From a virus, in IMG/VR virus record IMGVR_UViG_3300032335_000935, positions 4,090 through 68,089 of that record: a stretch of 64,000 bases of DNA, one strand, 5' to 3'. How positions within the stretch are numbered: position 1 is the stretch's first letter; every line of letters starts with the position of its first letter. Below the pieces are notes generated by a model that searched no databases, was not told the DNA's origin, and saw nothing but the letters and a program-made list of their open reading frames with translations. Below, piece by piece: positions 61,252 to 64,000 of this stretch. A program made the translations under genes and the position numbers.

Positions 61252-64000
61252 CTAACGCATAGCTGGCCAACCAGGACCATTCATAGCTCTGGCGCAGAGA
61301 TTCAAAATCTCCTGCTACCTCTTCATAGTATTCCACCGCATCCTTGGCACCTTTACGACTCCACTCACCTGCGGTGTTGTCTACTTCCAACCAACGGTTC
61401 AGTCTGTATTCGTTTTCTACGTCAGGCAAACTGGCTTGTAGCTTGAGCACTTCACGGAACGCAGTACGCCAAGCCATCCATGGTGTGTCTGCATACTGTG
61501 CTGTTCCTGACAGTACAGGAACTACTTCGTGCGCACTGTCCAAGGTAAAATCTAACCCAATGCCAGGGTTGGCCAATACCAGCTCACGATTGTAGGCGAT
61601 CATGGCCTGGTGCCCGTATTCTAGTCCGTTCACTGGGTTGCGAGCATGAAAGATATAGTGCTTGGGCTGTTGCATACGGTCAGGTTGCCAGGTCCAATCA
61701 AACATTTGATTCACTTCTAGCTTGGCAAACACAGCAAAAAACCAAGGTGTGGTGCTGGCCCGGGCAGCAGCATGATAAGCAGCCACGCGACCGTTCACAC
61801 TTGAAACCACATGCACTTTGTTGGTATTGCGTGATGAGTTGGCTAGATATATCTGCAACTGCAAAAGATTGGCATTGGCATTGGGTTCACCGTTGCTGAT
61901 AAACACAATGTCCAAGGGCGGATCTTTCAACATGCGACGAGTTTTATCAATATGCGGATAGTCGTACAACTGTGTCTTGATGTATGGCACAGACACACGC
62001 GGCACAATCACTGATCCAGCACCACTGCTGATGGGAGTAATGGTCTTGACTTCCTCTCTCCATAATGGCACTGTAACCAAGGCCTGATCAACATAATCTT
62101 CAGTGGTGAACAATGCCAATGGAGCAGTAAAGGAAGACTCTTTAACTGCATCCACGTGACTGTGTTGTGTGTGATGAATCACTGGCATGGGTCTGCGTGG
62201 CACACGTCGTCGTGACACATAGTTTACACTATACCATTCCAGCAACTGTTTCTTTTCTGCACGTTCAGCAAAGGTAGGAACATGCATGTAAAAAGTATCG
62301 CCAAACTTTTGTTCATCACTGGCAAATACATGTAACATGGTGCTCTGCCATGTTTCTGGATGCCACGAAAAATCAAAATCAGTGTAATCGCACACACTGC
62401 TACACACCCAAACATGTTCATATTCACCTACCAAACTCTTGGCCAAGCGAATCAAGGTGTCACGATAGTTGTCAAAGTAACGCACTCGACGCACAGTGTT
62501 GGGTATGTGGCCAGCATTGCCATCCATGTGATCAATTTCAAATATGGGTGCTGCCTCTTGGCTGACTTCGGCACGCATCCAGTCCACATATTTGAACTCA
62601 GTTGCCCCAGGCATGCGATACTGCGGTCCCCCAGTTTTTTGGTGCTGAGTAGCAAACTGATAGATATAAGGCTCTTCCCTAGGATCGGGTACCCAGGAAA
62701 AGTCCACATCAGACACATCCACATACCGGGGCACATGCCAGTTGGTCATGTTTACTGGCAATTGTGCTATTGGAGCAGACATGTACTTGCGTTCTGTGGC
62801 TCCGGGCATGTGATATTCCATAGTGGGCATTTTTTCAGAATTCCACCACTGGTTGCCAAACACATAGATGTAAGGGGGAGATCCTGGTTCAGGTCTCCAT
62901 GTATAGTCCCACTCACACTCAACAATGGCACGCCAGTTGTTGTCATGATGCGGCAACAGTGTAGCAGCCATGTCCATGTACTTGCGTTCTGTAGCACCGG
63001 ACACAGTGTAGGTCAGCGTGGGCATGACCTCTGCCGAATAGTACTGATTGCCAAACACATAGATATACGGAGGTGAACCTGGGTCAGGCTCCCAAGACCA
63101 GTCAAAGTCACACGGATATAGTTGTTGGAACCGGCCGGGATCTTGGCGCCGCTGAGCCCGAGGATGATCCATGTACTTGATGTCAGTGGCACCTGGCACT
63201 TGATACTGAACCGTGGGTCTCTGTTCGGGCAAGTGCCACTGGTTGCCAAACACATAAACATATGGCGGATCTGTGGGATTGGGGCGCCAACTGAAGTCAA
63301 ATTGTTCAATGTCATCCAACACAGTCCAATTAGTACGATCAGGTGCTACTTGAGCACGTACAGAATCCACGTACTTGATATCGGTACCGCCGGTGCTAAA
63401 AATCACTGTGGGTTCAAGAACTGCATCATTCCACTGGTTGCCAAACACATAGGTCATGGGAGGATCTGTGGGATCAGGTTCCCAGGACCAGTCAAATTCT
63501 GCCACAGGCAGCCTGGTTTCGAACCCAACAGGTTGCGGCAGTCTGCGTGTGCGACGATCCATGTACTTGACTTTGGTTGCACCCGGCGCATGATATTTCA
63601 AACTGGCTCGTAGTTCAGGTGGATGCCATTGATTACCAAACACATAGATGTAGGGAGGGTCTTTGGGATTGGGTACCCATGTCCAATCCCATGCGCTGTC
63701 ATCAATGTCTTCACAAAACTCCCAGTCGGCCATGCAAGCCCACAATTCAGCTATGAGGTCATCAACAAATTTTTCTTGTGTTGCGCCCGGGACACAATAG
63801 ATCAGTGTTGGCATGTCAGTTCCTGGCCAGTGCTGATTACCAAACACGTAATTGTAGGGCTCTTCGGTATTGTCTGGGTGCCAACTGTAATCAAACCTTG
63901 CTACTGCTTCTAAGAGTTTCCACAGAGTCTTGTCTGGCAGTCTACGGTGTTGTATGCCCACATACTTGCGTTCTGTGGCACCTGGTACTGTGTACACTGC
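61223..64000 (-). CDS. giant tandem-repeat protein (partial; N-terminus beyond window end) with at least 8 degenerate ~55-aa repeats and C-terminal globular domain
   Basis: repeat core W(S/T)WxPxPxDPPYIYVFGNQW...PT..Y.VPGAT..KYMD recurring from ~62.56 kb to window end. Confidence 0.6.
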   Translation of the reverse strand, partial: AVYTVPGATERKYVGIQHRRLPDKTLWKLLEAVARFDYSWHPDNTEEPYNYVFGNQHWPGTDMPTLIYCVPGATQEKFVDDLIAELWACMADWEFCEDIDDSAWDWTWVPNPKDPPYIYVFGNQWHPPELRASLKYHAPGATKVKYMDRRTRRLPQPVGFETRLPVAEFDWSWEPDPTDPPMTYVFGNQWNDAVLEPTVIFSTGGTDIKYVDSVRAQVAPDRTNWTVLDDIEQFDFSWRPNPTDPPYVYVFGNQWHLPEQRPTVQYQVPGATDIKYMDHPRAQRRQDPGRFQQLYPCDFDWSWEPDPGSPPYIYVFGNQYYSAEVMPTLTYTVSGATERKYMDMAATLLPHHDNNWRAIVECEWDYTWRPEPGSPPYIYVFGNQWWNSEKMPTMEYHMPGATERKYMSAPIAQLPVNMTNWHVPRYVDVSDVDFSWVPDPREEPYIYQFATQHQKTGGPQYRMPGATEFKYVDWMRAEVSQEAAPIFEIDHMDGNAGHIPNTVRRVRYFDNYRDTLIRLAKSLVGEYEHVWVCSSVCDYTDFDFSWHPETWQSTMLHVFASDEQKFGDTFYMHVPTFAERAEKKQLLEWYSVNYVSRRRVPRRPMPVIHHTQHSHVDAVKESSFTAPLALFTTEDYVDQALVTVPLWREEVKTITPISSGAGSVIVPRVSVPYIKTQLYDYPHIDKTRRMLKDPPLDIVFISNGEPNANANLLQLQIYLANSSRNTNKVHVVSSVNGRVAAYHAAARASTTPWFFAVFAKLEVNQMFDWTWQPDRMQQPKHYIFHARNPVNGLEYGHQAMIAYNRELVLANPGIGLDFTLDSAHEVVPVLSGTAQYADTPWMAWRTAFREVLKLQASLPDVENEYRLNRWLEVDNTAGEWSRKGAKDAVEYYEEVAGDFESLRQSYEWSWLASYALVKRGLVPDP
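62560..64000 (-). repeat. coding tandem repeat block (~165-bp unit) inside giant protein gene
   Basis: recurrent ccaaacacata(g/a)at(g/a)ta(g/t)gg(a/c)gg motif on plus strand, seen at DNA level. Confidence 0.6.

Noticed and set aside
62560-64000. Possible CRISPR-like periodicity at window end
   Set aside because: Period is ~165 bp, units are degenerate and lie in one continuous minus-strand ORF; it is a coding tandem repeat, not a CRISPR array

Overview
The window is gene-dense, about 50% GC and almost entirely plus-strand coding. Many genes overlap stop and start codons (ATGA, TAATG). It reads as part of a large dsDNA phage genome, possibly jumbo or cyanophage-like, rather than a bacterial chromosome. 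No rRNA, CRISPR array or integrase was seen. All calls below come from reading the sequence and ORF track by eye; no database search was run.

Main blocks, in order:

1. 0.2-14.9 kb, deazapurine/pterin biosynthesis genes mixed with sugar-nucleotide enzymes: GTP cyclohydrolase I FolE, a QueD-like and a QueE-like protein, a B12-binding radical-SAM enzyme, an amidinotransferase, a GalE-type epimerase, a cytidylyltransferase and a BI-1/YccA membrane protein. It also holds three of four paralogous SGNH-like hydrolases, then a 5'-3' flap exonuclease and MazG. This is a candidate novel DNA base-hypermodification locus.

2. 15.4-21.2 kb: three putative glycosyltransferases with a shared TEK-type motif and an asparagine-synthase-like amidotransferase, the last three on the minus strand.

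3. 21.3-26.3 kb: small-protein block with a GIY-YIG nuclease, an ArfB-like GGQ release-factor-domain protein, three tRNAs and an apparent two-piece permuted tmRNA with tag peptide ANDDVYALAA.

4. 26.8-31 kb: a TctC/TctA-like transporter pair and a PP-loop ATPase.

5. 31.6-41.2 kb: an array of about 40 tRNA or tRNA-like genes, with more at 24.2-24.9, 42.6, 43.4 and 44.1 kb. It includes a parallel set of isoacceptors with a swapped T-loop (A54/U58), two Leu-anticodon tRNAs lacking the long variable arm, an HNH homing endonuclease cassette, long inverted repeats, and one or more structured ncRNA candidates.

6. 42.7-51.8 kb, host-like metabolic genes: lipid desaturase, SDR, AhpC plus AhpD, class-II aldolase, GDSL hydrolase, RpoZ-like omega, SAH hydrolase, and a PTP / P-loop kinase / metallophosphoesterase trio.

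7. 52-56.3 kb: a MoxR AAA+ / vWA-metallopeptidase / SPFH lipoprotein module.

8. 57.9-64 kb: ThyX, a second sugar epimerase, a DegT aminotransferase, and a giant minus-strand protein with about 55-aa tandem repeats running off the window end.

A family of near-consensus sigma70-type promoters (TTGACC-N17-TGnTATAAT) and several intrinsic terminators punctuate the window.
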